Below are positions 1 through 7,994 of a stretch of DNA of 64,000 nucleotides, piece by piece. Each line of letters begins with the position of its first letter. The stretch's first letter is position 1. Source of the stretch: Candidatus Rokuibacteriota bacterium (GTDB lineage: Bacteria > Methylomirabilota > Methylomirabilia > Rokubacteriales > CSP1-6); NCBI GenBank assembly GCA_003220685.1, contig QHTE01000048.1, positions 95,029 through 159,028 of the forward strand. Reading direction: 5' to 3'. The notes under the pieces are model-generated. The model did not search any database and had not been told where the DNA came from. It saw only the letters and a list, made by a program, of their open reading frames with translations. The translations under genes and the position numbers were made by a program.

Positions 1-1
1 T

Positions 2-409
2 GTGACGAGCCAGCCCGTGCTGGCGCTCCCGAACGGCTTCGGCCGCAACGGCCTGCCGCTCGGGATGCAGATCGTCGGGCGGCCGTTCGGCGAGGAGACG
101 ATCCTGAAAGTCGGGCACGCCTACGAACGCGCCACCGAGTGGCACGCGCAGCGCCCGCGTCTCGTGCCGGGCGCCGCGGCGCCCGACGTGACGCCGCCGC
201 CGGTGCTGTCCGAGCCCGCCGATCGGGTCGACGCCGAGACGCGCGACCTCTGCGTGAAGGCCGCGCGGCGCACGGGGCTCCCGCTCGACGATCTGATGCT
301 GGCCCAGCTGCTGGAGGGCGCGCCGTACGCGCTCGAGATGGTGCGGCGTCTGCGCCGCGACCACGACCTCGCGCACGAGCCGGCGAACGTGTTCAGCTTC
401 CCGCGGTAG
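2..409 (+). CDS. amidase-signature family amidase, C-terminal part (5' end cut by window edge), with a ~75-aa C-terminal extension
   Basis: ORF is open to the window edge. '...LPLGMQIVGRPFGEETILKVGHAYE' is a typical amidase C-terminal core. The extension '...GLPLDDLMLAQLLEGAPYALEMVRRL..HEPANVF' resembles DUF4089/AtzG-like domains (from memory). Stop TAG at 407-409. Confidence 0.7.
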   Translation: MTSQPVLALPNGFGRNGLPLGMQIVGRPFGEETILKVGHAYERATEWHAQRPRLVPGAAAPDVTPPPVLSEPADRVDAETRDLCVKAARRTGLPLDDLMLAQLLEGAPYALEMVRRLRRDHDLAHEPANVFSFPR

Positions 410-491
410 CGCGTCCGCCGAGGCCGGAGAATCGAGCACCCGGCGCCACGATCGTCCGGGAGACGCGCGATGGGCCTGCGGGCGCGCCGGG

Positions 492-1397
492 TTAGGTCGT
501 CCGGGGATCGAGCGCGTCGCGCAGGCGGTCGCCGACCAGATTGATCGCGAGCACGGTCAATAGTATTGCGAGCCCTGGCAAGGTGGCGAGCCACCAGGCG
601 ACCGTGACGAAGTCGCGCCCGAGCGAGATCATCTGGCCCCACGTCGGGTACGCGTTGCCCGAGCCCACGCCGAGGAACGAGAGCGCCGCCTCGGCCAGGA
701 TCGCCTGGGCGACCTGCAGGGTCGACATCACGACGATCGACGACATCGTGTTGGGCAGGACGTGCCGGACGACGATGCGCGGCCGGCCGACGCCGATCGC
801 CCGTGCCGCCTCGACGAACTCCTTCTCGCGCAGCGCCATCACCTCGGCCCGCACGACGCGCGCGTAGCGCTCCCAGCCGGTGAGGCCGAGCACCACGATG
901 ATCGTGAGGAGGCTCGGCCCGAGCGCGGCCACGAACGCGAGCGCCAGCAAGATCTGCGGGAACGAGAGCGAGACGTCCACGACAGTGCCGATGACCGTAT
1001 CCACCGTGCCGCCCAGGAATCCGCTCGCCAGCCCGGCCGCCACGCCGACGACGAGGCTCACCAGGACGGCCGCCACCCCGACGAGCAGCGAGACGCGGGC
1101 CCCGTGGACGATCCGGCTCAGCACGTCGCGCCCGACCTGATCGGTGCCGAGCGGATAGGCGGCATTGCCGCCGGCCTGCCACACCGGCGGCGTGAACCGG
1201 CGGAGCAGCGACTGCTTGGCCGGATCGTGCGGCGCGACCCACGGCGCGGCGACCGCGACGCTCACCATCGTCAACAAGATAAGCGAGCCGACGAGCGCGG
1301 CCGGGTTGAGCGCGAACCTCCGCCAGGCGCGCGAGCCGCTGGCGCCCGGTAGCGCGACCTCGTAGGCGACCGCGGTCCGTGGCAGCGTGACGGCCAT
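492..1397 (-). CDS. ABC peptide/nickel-type permease, DppC/OppC-like
   Basis: 301 aa from MAVTLPR. 'YPLGTDQVGRDVLSRIVHGARVSL' is the DppC-type N-terminal motif, followed by a multi-TM BPD permease core. The ATG overlaps the upstream stop (ATGA at 1397). The longer ORF-track N-terminus is Arg-rich junk. Confidence 0.9.
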   Translation of the reverse strand: MAVTLPRTAVAYEVALPGASGSRAWRRFALNPAALVGSLILLTMVSVAVAAPWVAPHDPAKQSLLRRFTPPVWQAGGNAAYPLGTDQVGRDVLSRIVHGARVSLLVGVAAVLVSLVVGVAAGLASGFLGGTVDTVIGTVVDVSLSFPQILLALAFVAALGPSLLTIIVVLGLTGWERYARVVRAEVMALREKEFVEAARAIGVGRPRIVVRHVLPNTMSSIVVMSTLQVAQAILAEAALSFLGVGSGNAYPTWGQMISLGRDFVTVAWWLATLPGLAILLTVLAINLVGDRLRDALDPRTT

Positions 1398-2311
1398 CAG
1401 CGAAGCCTGACCGTGGGGTTCAGGTAGACGTAGAGTACGTCCACGAAGAGATTGACCGAGACGATGATCATCGCGAGCAGGAACACGCCCGCCTGCACGA
1501 TGGGGAAGTCGAGCTGTCGGATCGCGCCGACGATCAAGCGACCGACGCCGGGCACCGCGAACACGCTTTCGGTCAGCACCGCGCCGCCGAGGAGGAGCCC
1601 GAACTGCAGGCCGATCACGGTCACGATCGGGAGCGCCGCGTTGCGAAGCGCGTGGCGGCAGATCACGAGCCACTCGGAGAGGCCCTTGGCCCGCGCCGTC
1701 CGCACATAGTCGAGGTTGATCACCTCCAGCATGCTCGACCGGATGATCCGCATGAAGAGCGGCGTCGTGAACGCCCCGAGCGTCACCGCCGGCAGCACCA
1801 TCGACGACCACGTACCCCAGCCCGAGACTGGCAGGAGCCGCCACTGCACCGCGAAGAGCAGCATGAGCATGATGCCGATCCAGAACACGGGCATGGACTG
1901 GCCGAGGAAGACGACCACCGTGGCGGCGTGGTCCCCGACCGTGTTGCGGAAGACCGCGCTGTAGATGCCGACCGGGACGGCGACGGCGAGAGCCAGCGCG
2001 ACGGCGAGGCACGTCAGCGCCAGGGTCGTCGGCATTCGCTCGACGACGAGCCGGAACGCCGGCTCGCGATGGAAGAACGACCGGCCGAAATCCCCGCGTG
2101 CCGCGTTGCCGACGAAGCGCACGAACTGGGTCGACAGCGGATCCGACAGCCCGAGCGCCTCGCGCAGCTTGGCCCGATCGGCCTCGGCAGCCTCCGGCAT
2201 GATCAGGGCGACCGGGTCGCCGCTCGCGTGGAGGATCGAGAACGTCACCAGCGACACGCCGAGGCAGACGACGACGAACCGGAGGAGGCGCCGGATCAGG
2301 AACGCCGACAC
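1397..2311 (-). CDS. ABC peptide-type permease, DppB/OppB-like
   Basis: 304 aa. 'MSAFLIRRLLRFVVV...GDPVALIM' is the typical DppB N-terminus, and the C-terminus ends '..VDVLYVYLNPTVRLR'. Confidence 0.9.
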   Translation of the reverse strand: MSAFLIRRLLRFVVVCLGVSLVTFSILHASGDPVALIMPEAAEADRAKLREALGLSDPLSTQFVRFVGNAARGDFGRSFFHREPAFRLVVERMPTTLALTCLAVALALAVAVPVGIYSAVFRNTVGDHAATVVVFLGQSMPVFWIGIMLMLLFAVQWRLLPVSGWGTWSSMVLPAVTLGAFTTPLFMRIIRSSMLEVINLDYVRTARAKGLSEWLVICRHALRNAALPIVTVIGLQFGLLLGGAVLTESVFAVPGVGRLIVGAIRQLDFPIVQAGVFLLAMIIVSVNLFVDVLYVYLNPTVRLR

Positions 2312-2332
2312 GGCGCCGCCTCCCTCAGCGCC

Positions 2333-3862
2333 TCAGCTCGCCGGCTTTGCCGCGAAGAGCCAGAGCCACTCGTCGGGACGGGCCTCGTACGCGACCTTCC
2401 TCGAGATGCCGAGCGTGTCGTTCTGCGTCCACAGGAAGACCGAGGGCGCCTCCTCGCGGATCATCCGCTGGATCTCGGCGTAGATCCGCTTGCGCTTGGC
2501 CGGATCGACGCTCGAGCGCCCCTCGTCGATCAGCTTGTCGAGCCCCTCGACGCGCGCGTAGTGCTTGCCGATCCAGCCGCCGGGCTCCGTGTGGTAGAGC
2601 GGGTGCAGCACCGCGTCGGCGTCGAAGACGCTGTAATTACCCCAGCTGCCGTACTGACCGTTCGTCGCTTTACCCTCGGCCTGGAAGTACTTGTTCCACG
2701 CCGGGCCCGGGTCCCACATCTTCACCGTCGTGCGGAGCCCGACTTCGGTGAGCATCTGCCCGAGCGCCTCGAAGTGCGGGCGAAAGTCAACAAAGGCGCT
2801 GTGCATGGTGATGTCGACGCCGTTGGGATATCCGGCCTGCGCCAGGAGCTCCTTGGCTTTCTTGGGGTCGTACGGGTACGGCGGCACCGACGGGTCGAAC
2901 CCGAACGCGGGCGGCTGGACAACCGTCGCGACCTGCTTGCCGAGGCCCGCCATCATCTTCTGGATCATCGACTGCTTGTCGATGGCATAGTTCGCGGCCT
3001 GGCGTGCCGCCTTCTTGTCGAACGGGGCGCTCCGCATGTCGAGGGACATGTAGTGCACGCGCAGGATCGGCGTCGTGCTGATCCGCGTCTGGGGATGACT
3101 CTTGAGGTCGGGCAAGAGGTCGGCGTTGACGTTGCGGATGATATCGACGCCGCCGGTCTTGAGCTCGGCCACCGAGGTCGCGACCTCGGGGATCGCCCGG
3201 AACACCACGTACTTGAACGCGGGCCTCCCGCGCCAGTGCTGGTCGAATGCCTCGAGCCGAATGTGCTGGTCGCGCTTCCACTCCACGAGCTTCCAGGGGC
3301 CGGTGCCCACGGTCGCCGTGCTGCCGAACGCCTCCTCGCCGACCTTCTCGACGTGCTTCTTCGGCACGATCGGGAAGAACACCAGGCGCTCCAGCAGGAG
3401 GGGGAAGGGCTTGTCGGTAGCCAGCTGGATCGTGTCCGCGTCGACGATCTTCACTTCCTTGATCGCCCGGACGTTGCCGTACTGGGGCGACTTCTTCTTC
3501 TCCGAGCCGGGCTCCAGCACCCGATCGAACGAGAACTTCACGTCCTCGGCCGTCATGGTGGAGCCGTCGTGGAACTTGACGCCACGGCGGAGCTTGAACT
3601 CCCACGTCGTGTCGTTGAGTGCCTTCCAGGAAAGGGCCAACGAGGGCTCGAACTCGAGCTTTGCGCTGCGATGCAGGAGCGAGTCGAACATGTTGATGTT
3701 GACGAGGATGCCGGCGCGCTCGAAGTGCATGTGGGGATCGAGGGTCGTCGCGTTCGACGCCAACGCGACCGTGAGCGTGTCCTTGCCTTGCGCCCCGGCG
3801 CCGATCGGGACGACGAGCGCCGCGAGAATCAGGGCCACCATGAGGGTGAGCCAACGTTTCAT
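2333..3862 (-). CDS. ABC transporter substrate-binding protein, family 5 (DppA/OppA-like)
   Basis: Start taken at MKRWLTLMVALIL (signal peptide) with AAGGAGG 5 nt upstream. Family-5 SBP motifs are present (..WKALNDTTWEFKLRRGVKFHDGS..). Confidence 0.9.
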   Translation of the reverse strand: MKRWLTLMVALILAALVVPIGAGAQGKDTLTVALASNATTLDPHMHFERAGILVNINMFDSLLHRSAKLEFEPSLALSWKALNDTTWEFKLRRGVKFHDGSTMTAEDVKFSFDRVLEPGSEKKKSPQYGNVRAIKEVKIVDADTIQLATDKPFPLLLERLVFFPIVPKKHVEKVGEEAFGSTATVGTGPWKLVEWKRDQHIRLEAFDQHWRGRPAFKYVVFRAIPEVATSVAELKTGGVDIIRNVNADLLPDLKSHPQTRISTTPILRVHYMSLDMRSAPFDKKAARQAANYAIDKQSMIQKMMAGLGKQVATVVQPPAFGFDPSVPPYPYDPKKAKELLAQAGYPNGVDITMHSAFVDFRPHFEALGQMLTEVGLRTTVKMWDPGPAWNKYFQAEGKATNGQYGSWGNYSVFDADAVLHPLYHTEPGGWIGKHYARVEGLDKLIDEGRSSVDPAKRKRIYAEIQRMIREEAPSVFLWTQNDTLGISRKVAYEARPDEWLWLFAAKPAS

Positions 3863-3972
3863 GAGGTCCTCCTTGCGGATGGTTCGGTGACGATACAACA
3901 ATCCGGGGGCCGAGTGGAAGGGCGGGGACCGCCTGCCTCTCTTTTAGGCTAGAATCCCGCGAGGGAGGCACC

Positions 3973-4731
3973 ATGAACATCCGACCCAATCGCGTCAAGC
4001 AGAAGCTCGCCGCCGGCCACGTCGCCACAATCGTCGCCGGCACCAACGAGCCGGACCTGATCGATCAGCTCGGCGCGCTCGACGTCGACGGCATCTGGCT
4101 CGAGGGCGAGCACGGCGGCGTCGACTATGCCGACCTGGGCAACCTGACGCGCGCCTGCGATCTCTGGGGCAAGACGTCGGTCGTCCGCGTGATGGACAAC
4201 GACTACGCCACCATCTACCGCACACTCGACCGCGGGGCCCAGGCGATCGTGGTGCCGCACGTCAACAGCCACGCCGAGGCCGAGTCGGTCGTCGCCGCCG
4301 GCAAGTTCGCCCCGCTCGGCAAGCGCGGCATGTACACGAGCCGCCAGGGCTTCGGCGTCGACAACTATCTGAAGACCGCCAACGACCAGAGCCTCCTGAT
4401 CGTGCTGATCGAGGACATCGTCGCCGTCCGCGCCCTCGACGAGATCCTCAAGGTCGACCACATCGACTGCTTCTTCGTGGCGCCGAGCGACCTGGCGACC
4501 TCGATGGGCCAGATCGGCAACACGGGGCATCCGGAGGTCCAGCAGACCATCGACGGCGCGATCAAGAAGATCGTCCAGTCCGGCCGCGTGGCCGGCACGC
4601 TCGTCAACGTCGGCAACGTCGAGCGCTACACGCGGCTTGGCGTGCGCGTGGTGATGACGAGCTTCTTTCCGTGGATCCAGGCGGGCGCCAGGGAGCTGAT
4701 CGAGCGCGCGGCGGCGGGCGCACGCGGTTGA
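3973..4731 (+). CDS. HpcH/HpaI family aldolase
   Basis: 252 aa with a GGGAGG RBS. '..VDGIWLEGEHGGVD..', '..AIVVPHVNSHAEAE..' and '..FFVAPSDLATSMG' match the HpcH/HpaI aldolase/citrate-lyase fold. Confidence 0.85.
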   Translation: MNIRPNRVKQKLAAGHVATIVAGTNEPDLIDQLGALDVDGIWLEGEHGGVDYADLGNLTRACDLWGKTSVVRVMDNDYATIYRTLDRGAQAIVVPHVNSHAEAESVVAAGKFAPLGKRGMYTSRQGFGVDNYLKTANDQSLLIVLIEDIVAVRALDEILKVDHIDCFFVAPSDLATSMGQIGNTGHPEVQQTIDGAIKKIVQSGRVAGTLVNVGNVERYTRLGVRVVMTSFFPWIQAGARELIERAAAGARG

Positions 4732-4747
4732 CGCGGGCGCTGATCTG

Positions 4748-5692
4748 ATGACAACCGTCGAGACCGCGCTGGGTCCGATCGCCACGACCGAGCTCGGACC
4801 CACCTTGATGCACGAGCACGTCGTCACGCGCTCGCCGGGCGTGCAGGAGAACTGGCCCCACCTCTGGGATCGCAACGCCATCCTGAGCATCGCCGAGCGC
4901 AAGATGGCCGAGCTCTACCGCCGCGGGATCCGCTCGATCGTCGACCTGACCACCGTCGATCTCGGCCGCGACATCGATCTGATCCTCGGGGTCGCGCGCC
5001 GCTCGCGTGTGCACATCGTCGTCGCGACCGGCGTGTGGTGGATGCCGCAGCGCTACTTCAGCGCCCACGGCGTCGACGCGGTGGCCGATCTGTTCATCCG
5101 CGACATCACGCAGGGGATCGGCACCAGCGGCGTGAAAGCCGCCATCATCAAGTGCGCCACCGACACGGCCGGGGTGACGCCGGTGATCGACAACGTCCTG
5201 CGCGCTGCCGCCCGCGCCCAGAAAGCGACCGGCGTGCCGATCTCGACGCACACCTGGGCGGCCGGCCGTACGGGTGAGCTGCAGCAGGCGATCTTCGCCC
5301 AGGAGGGCGTCGATCTGCGCCGCGTCATCATTGGCCACAGCGGTGACAGCGAGGATCTCGGCTACCTCCGCGGGCTGATGGAGCGCGGGAGCACGATCGG
5401 GATGGACCGTTTCGGGCTCGAGAGCTTCCTGTCGACGCCGAAGCGGGTCGAGGTGCTGGCGCGCCTCTGCGCCGAGGGCTACGCGGGCAAGATGGTCCTC
5501 TCGCACGACGCCAACTGCTGGACGGACATGCTCTCCGAGGAAGCCAAGCTTCGGACCCGGCCGCAGTGGCACTACAACCATATCTCCGACGACATCCTCC
5601 CGGCGCTCCGCAAGGCGGGCGTCAAGGAGGATCAGATCGAGCAGATGCTCATGCGGAATCCCCGGGCGATCTTCGAGGCGAAGAGCGCGTGA
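4748..5692 (+). CDS. phosphotriesterase family protein (PTE/PLL-like amidohydrolase)
   Basis: 314 aa. 'GPTLMHEHV' is the N-terminal His-x-His metal motif. The rest shows a TIM-barrel amidohydrolase pattern ('..IIGHSGDS..', '..VLSHDANC..'). Confidence 0.85.
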   Translation: MTTVETALGPIATTELGPTLMHEHVVTRSPGVQENWPHLWDRNAILSIAERKMAELYRRGIRSIVDLTTVDLGRDIDLILGVARRSRVHIVVATGVWWMPQRYFSAHGVDAVADLFIRDITQGIGTSGVKAAIIKCATDTAGVTPVIDNVLRAAARAQKATGVPISTHTWAAGRTGELQQAIFAQEGVDLRRVIIGHSGDSEDLGYLRGLMERGSTIGMDRFGLESFLSTPKRVEVLARLCAEGYAGKMVLSHDANCWTDMLSEEAKLRTRPQWHYNHISDDILPALRKAGVKEDQIEQMLMRNPRAIFEAKSA

Positions 5693-6028
5693 CGCGGCTC
5701 GTCCTCGTCGCCGCTCTGGTCGTTGTCCTCGGCGCCGTCGAGGCGGGCGCCGAGCCGACGGGCTCTGCGCTTCCCGGGCTCGAGCCCTACGACGAGCTCA
5801 TGACCGCGCTGCTCAAGAAGTGGGACGTCCCCGGCGCCGGGCTCGCGGTCGCCCGCGGGGGCAGGCTGCTCCTGGTGCGGGGCTACGGCCTTCGCCTGGG
5901 TCGTCACGTTCAATGGCCGTCCCCAGGACAAGAACGGCTTCAGAGGCGATGTCGACCGCGGTTTGGCGGAGGCCAAGCGCAGGGTGAAGGCGTGGGCGGA
6001 CGGCGATCTGTTCGGACGCCACCAGTGA
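5689..6028 (+). pseudogene. remnant of a beta-lactamase-related serine hydrolase (internal deletion plus frameshift)
   Basis: GTG at 5689 overlaps the PTE stop (GTGA). The N-terminal stub is a signal peptide plus 'LLKKWDVPGAGLAVARGGRLLLVRGYG'. From about 5888 the +1 frame reads 'AFAWVVTFNGRPQDKNG...WADGDLFGRHQ*', a typical family C-terminus. About 300 aa of core are absent. Confidence 0.5.
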
Positions 6029-6034
6029 GGCATC

Positions 6035-7015
6035 ATGGCTGATATCCCGATCACCCTGACCTGCGCCGACTACGCGCGCGTCATGCCGCTCGCGGTCGGT
6101 CACGTGAAGCCCGCGAACATCGCGCTCACGGTGATCCTCGGCAGCCGCGGCTCGTGGCCCGCGCGCGCCGAGATGCTCCGGCGCGCCGTGCAGGACCCGG
6201 CGGTGCAGGGCGGTGAGTGGTCGATGGCGCAGTACCTCTACCGCATCGACAACGGCGACCGCCGCTACGTCGGCATTCCCGTCTTCCCGCTGCGCAACTT
6301 CACGGCGCGCGACCTCTACATCCGCCGAGGCGGTTCGATCAGATCGGCGGCCGATCTGGCGGGCAAGCGCATCGGCATGTACAGCTACACCGCGAGCGGG
6401 TCCATCTGGTACCGCCACTTCCTGCGGTTCATGGGGCTCGACCCGTCGGCGATCGAGTGGTGGATCGGCGACATCGATACGCCGTGGTCGGCGCCGATGG
6501 ACCAGAGCCTGCCGCCCGGGGTGAAGGCGCCCGCCAGGGGGCGCTCGTTGTCGGACATGCTGATCGCCGGCGAGCTCGAGGCGATCTACAGCCCGCCGCG
6601 CCCGGCGGCCTATCACCCGAGGACCGGCCCGATCGTGCGCCTGTTCCCGGACTTTCGCCTGGTCGAGCAGGAGTACTTTCTCAAGACGGGGGCGTTTCCT
6701 CCGCAGCATCTGATCGTGCTCAGGCGCGAGGCGTGGGAGGCGAACCGCTGGATCGCGCGAAGCCTCACCGAGGCGTTCAGCGCCGCCAACGAGTGCTTCA
6801 CCGCCGCGCAGAAGGGCTTCCCGTACGCGACGCCGTGGCTCGAAGCCGAGCTCGAGGACACGGCGGCGGTGATGGGAGAAGACTTTCACCCGTACGGACT
6901 CGAGCGCAACCGGGCGCAGATCGACACGTTCGCGGGCGAGGCGTTCCAGCTGGGCCTGACGAGCCGGCAGATCACGCCCGAGGAATACTTCGCCGATTAC
7001 CTCCAGGGAGGTTGA
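6035..7015 (+). CDS. NMT1/THI5-like periplasmic-binding-fold protein (4,5-dihydroxyphthalate decarboxylase-like)
   Basis: 326 aa with no signal peptide. 'ITLTCADYARVMPL..G.V.P' at the N-terminus and 'GKRIGMYSYTASGSIWYRHFL' resemble proteins annotated as PhtD-like (from memory). Confidence 0.6.
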   Translation: MADIPITLTCADYARVMPLAVGHVKPANIALTVILGSRGSWPARAEMLRRAVQDPAVQGGEWSMAQYLYRIDNGDRRYVGIPVFPLRNFTARDLYIRRGGSIRSAADLAGKRIGMYSYTASGSIWYRHFLRFMGLDPSAIEWWIGDIDTPWSAPMDQSLPPGVKAPARGRSLSDMLIAGELEAIYSPPRPAAYHPRTGPIVRLFPDFRLVEQEYFLKTGAFPPQHLIVLRREAWEANRWIARSLTEAFSAANECFTAAQKGFPYATPWLEAELEDTAAVMGEDFHPYGLERNRAQIDTFAGEAFQLGLTSRQITPEEYFADYLQGG

Positions 7016-7022
7016 GCGAGCC

Positions 7023-7985
7023 ATGGCGATCATTCTGGGAAGCGGCGCGCATCGCTACGAGGTCGTCGACACCTGGGCGAAGCTGCCGCCCGGGCAGGAG
7101 TTCAACGCCGACGTCGCCGCCGTCGGCGTCGACACGCAGGATCGGGTGTACGCGTTCAATCGCGGCCGCCACCCGATGGTCGTGCTGGACCGCGACGGCA
7201 ACTTCCTGCGCTCGTGGGGCGAGGGGTTGTTTCCCCGCGCGCACGGCGTGCACATGGCGCCGGACGACACTCTCTGGCTGACCGACGACGGCGACCACAC
7301 CGTCCGCCACTGCACGCTCGACGGCAAGGTGCTGCTGACCATCGGCGTGCCCGGCAAGCCGAAGCCTTACATGAGCGGCGAGCCGTTCCATCGCTGCACC
7401 CACACGGCGTTCTCGCCCCGGGGCGATCTCTACGTCTCCGACGGCTACGGCAACTCGCGCGTGCACAAGTTCGCGCCGAACGGCACGCTGCTCTTCTCGT
7501 GGGGCGAGCCGGGCACCGATCCGGGCCAGTTCAACATCGCGCACAACATCTGCTGCGACGCCGACGGCTGGGTCTACGTCGCCGACCGCGAGAACCATCG
7601 CATCCAGGTCTTCGACGGAGACGGCAAGTTCGAGACGCAGTGGATCAACATGCACCGGCCCTCGGGTCTCTACATGGAGCCGCGCCCGCAGGGCCGTTTC
7701 TACGTCGGCGAGATCGGGGGCGGCATGGGCGTGAACTACGACATGCCCAACATCGGGCCGCGCGTGAGCATCTACAGCCACAAAGGCGAGCTGCTGGCGC
7801 GGCTCGGCCAGCGCCCCGCCGGGCTCGAGCTCGGTCAGTTCATCTCACCGCACGGGCTCGCCGTCGACTCGCGCGGGGACATCTACGTGGGCGAGGTGTC
7901 GTACACGAACTGGGGCAATCGCTACAAGGGCCAGGCGCACCCGCCCGGGCTGCGCAGCCTGCAGAAGCTCGTTAAGGTGCGCTGA
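7023..7985 (+). CDS. NHL-repeat six-bladed beta-propeller protein (peptidyl-alpha-hydroxyglycine lyase-like)
   Basis: 320 aa. Repeated '..G.F..PHG(V/L)..D..G..YV.D..N.R(I/V)..F' NHL-type blades, e.g. 'YVSDGYGNSRVHKF', 'YVADRENHRIQVF', 'GQFISPHGLAVDSRGDIYVGE'. Confidence 0.75.
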   Translation: MAIILGSGAHRYEVVDTWAKLPPGQEFNADVAAVGVDTQDRVYAFNRGRHPMVVLDRDGNFLRSWGEGLFPRAHGVHMAPDDTLWLTDDGDHTVRHCTLDGKVLLTIGVPGKPKPYMSGEPFHRCTHTAFSPRGDLYVSDGYGNSRVHKFAPNGTLLFSWGEPGTDPGQFNIAHNICCDADGWVYVADRENHRIQVFDGDGKFETQWINMHRPSGLYMEPRPQGRFYVGEIGGGMGVNYDMPNIGPRVSIYSHKGELLARLGQRPAGLELGQFISPHGLAVDSRGDIYVGEVSYTNWGNRYKGQAHPPGLRSLQKLVKVR

Positions 7986-7994
7986 GCCCCTTCG

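Noticed and set aside
1652-3952. 766-aa plus-strand ORF (and similar ones at 121..1242, 8121..10304, 38561..40840, 14763..16304, 17304..19943, 44874..46547)
   Set aside because: These ORFs are antisense to genes with clear family signatures. Their translations are Arg/Asp/His/Pro-rich low-complexity sequence. Long stop-free antisense frames are expected at this GC content.
5566-5688. N-terminal 41 aa of ORF 5566..6042
   Set aside because: This segment overlaps the 3' end of the phosphotriesterase gene in another frame. The recognisable signal peptide starts at GTG 5689, which overlaps the PTE stop.
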